NCBI GenBank assembly: GCA_036376495.1
Contig: DASVAE010000021.1
Coordinates: 3,845 to 67,844, forward strand
Reading direction: 5' to 3'
DNA length: 64,000 nt
From: Candidatus Sulfotelmatobacter sp.
GTDB taxonomy: Bacteria; Acidobacteriota; Terriglobia; Terriglobales; Acidobacteriaceae
Shown here: one piece after another, positions 62,598 through 64,000 of the stretch
Layout of the letters: every line of letters begins with the position of its first letter
How positions within the stretch are numbered: the stretch's first letter is position 1
Program-made: the position numbers and the translations under genes
The notes under the pieces: generated by a model
What the model saw: the letters and a program-made list of their open reading frames with translations, nothing else
Told to the model about the DNA's origin: nothing
Database searches by the model: none

Positions 62598-64000
62598 ATG
62601 CCTACTTCCCTGACTCCTGCCCTTTCTTCGGAGACCATCCGGCAGCACGGCCTTACCCCTGACGAGTACGAAAAGATCAAAAAGCTGCTCGGCGGACGTG
62701 AGCCTACCCTCACCGAACTCGGCATCTTCAGCGTGATGTGGAGCGAGCATTGCTCCTACAAGTCTTCGCGCGTGCACTTGAAACGCCTCCCCACCCGCAG
62801 CAAGTTGGTGCTGCAGGGGCCGGGCGAAAACGCCGGCATCATCGACATTGGCGAGGGCTGGGCCTGCGCCTTCAAGATTGAATCGCATAATCATCCGTCT
62901 TTCATTGAGCCGTTCCAGGGAGCGACCACCGGCGTCGGCGGAATTCTGCGGGATATTTTCACCATGGGCGCAAGGCCGGTCGCAGTCATGGATTCTCTGC
63001 GCTTCGGTCCGATCACGGGACAGGCCAGCCAGCCTTCCGCATCCCAGCCCGACATTCACAGAAATCACTCAATCCTCGAAGGCGTGGTCAGCGGTGTCGC
63101 TTCCTATGGAAACTGTTTCGGTGTGCCCAATCTCGGCGGAGAGACCAAGTTCGAGCCCTGCTACTCGGGCAATCCTCTCGTGAATGCGTTCGCTCTGGGC
63201 CTGGTACGCAAGAATGAGATCTTCTACGCCCGCGCGGCCGGCGAGGGCAATCCGGTCATCTACGTCGGCGCCAAGACTGGGCGCGATGGGATTCACGGCG
63301 CGACCATGGCCAGTGAGGAGTTCAGCGAGGCTTCGGAAGCGAAGCGTCCCAACGTTCAGGTTGGTGACCCCTTCCTGGAGAAACTCCTGCTCGAAGCTTG
63401 CCTCGAAGCCATGCAGACCGGCGCCATCATTGGCATTCAGGATATGGGTGCCGCCGGACTGACCTGCTCAACTTGTGAAATGGGCGGCCGCGGCGGGGTG
63501 GGCATCGAAATCGAACTCGACCACGTTCCCCAGCGCGAGACCGGTATGACTCCTTACGAGATCATGCTGAGCGAATCGCAGGAACGCATGCTGCTGGTCG
63601 CGCAGAAAGGCCGAGAAGAGGAAGTCTTCCGCGTCTTCGAGAAATGGGGACTGGACGCGGTTGAAGTCGGCAAAGTGACCACTGGCAACGTGCTCCGAGT
63701 CCTTCAGCATGGAGAAGTCGTAGCTGAAATTCCAAATCCCGCGCTCACCGATGAGGCGCCCCTATACAAGCGCCCGTTGGCGCGCTGGGAGCCCCCGGTC
63801 CCTCGAGAGAAGCCCGGGCATATTGTCTTTGAAGAGAGCGGCGACTTCACCGCACAAATGCAGGCTCTGTTATCCAGCCCAAACATCTCCAGCAAGCGCT
63901 GGGTCTGGCAGCAGTACGATCACATGGTGCAGACCAACACGGTCAACGCCCCCGGTTCCGGGGATGCCGGAGTGATCCGCATCAAAGGTTCGAACCGCGG
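62598..64000 (+). CDS. purL: Phosphoribosylformylglycinamidine synthase subunit II, 5' part (runs off the window)
   Basis: It is not in the ORF track because no stop falls inside the window. My own translation from ATG 62598 gives [57 protein letters not shown]...[27 protein letters not shown]...VGDPFLEK. Confidence 0.9.
   Translation, partial: MPTSLTPALSSETIRQHGLTPDEYEKIKKLLGGREPTLTELGIFSVMWSEHCSYKSSRVHLKRLPTRSKLVLQGPGENAGIIDIGEGWACAFKIESHNHPSFIEPFQGATTGVGGILRDIFTMGARPVAVMDSLRFGPITGQASQPSASQPDIHRNHSILEGVVSGVASYGNCFGVPNLGGETKFEPCYSGNPLVNAFALGLVRKNEIFYARAAGEGNPVIYVGAKTGRDGIHGATMASEEFSEASEAKRPNVQVGDPFLEKLLLEACLEAMQTGAIIGIQDMGAAGLTCSTCEMGGRGGVGIEIELDHVPQRETGMTPYEIMLSESQERMLLVAQKGREEEVFRVFEKWGLDAVEVGKVTTGNVLRVLQHGEVVAEIPNPALTDEAPLYKRPLARWEPPVPREKPGHIVFEESGDFTAQMQALLSSPNISSKRWVWQQYDHMVQTNTVNAPGSGDAGVIRIKGSNR

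Noticed and set aside
1-64000. CRISPR arrays, rRNA genes, IS elements or long dispersed repeats
   Set aside because: I saw no regularly spaced repeat array, no rRNA-like sequence and no transposase-like ORF. The only repeats seen are the short regulatory-scale ones reported above.

Overview
This 64-kb segment is chromosomal DNA of roughly 58% GC (estimated by eye). Its gene content looks like a soil Acidobacteriota-type genome; that assignment is an inference from gene families, not a search result. Almost all of it is coding.

Main blocks, in order:
- Three very large TonB-dependent receptors with carboxypeptidase-regulatory-like N-termini (1.2-4.7 kb, 7.6-11.2 kb, 38.7-42.4 kb).
- A TPR protein followed by two head-to-head CRTAC1/ASPIC-UnbV paralogs whose start codons overlap.
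- A TetR-controlled RND efflux operon in the unusual order pump, adaptor, outer-membrane factor.
- A compact Hyb-type [NiFe]-hydrogenase cassette, hybOABCD, with no hyp/hybEFG genes. It lies behind a 442-bp leader that holds twin CRP/FNR-like boxes, a tRNA-3'-end-like 24-mer and a sigma54-like -24/-12 element.
- A GntR-led operon combining a HIBADH-like dehydrogenase, 2-oxoacid dehydrogenase E1 alpha, E1 beta and E2, and an atypical M24 'pita-bread' enzyme, with no E3.
- A coenzyme F420 biosynthesis cluster (cofG-cofD-cofC-cofE-cofH) translationally coupled to fno and followed by a stand-alone SagB-type double nitroreductase.
- Housekeeping and miscellaneous genes: ABC-F ATPase, bactofilin, msrB, NUDIX, SDR, PilZ, NTF2-like pair, AhpD-like, a solitary selB, and the 5' part of purL.

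I found no rRNA, intact tRNA, CRISPR array or intact mobile element. The only mobile-element trace is a possible integrase N-terminal remnant near 6.5 kb.

The most interesting candidates for follow-up are the F420 cluster with its adjacent nitroreductase, the E1/E2 + M24 operon with its divergent receptor/hydrolase pair, and the hydrogenase leader architecture.

All family assignments come from motifs read in the supplied translations. No database search was run.
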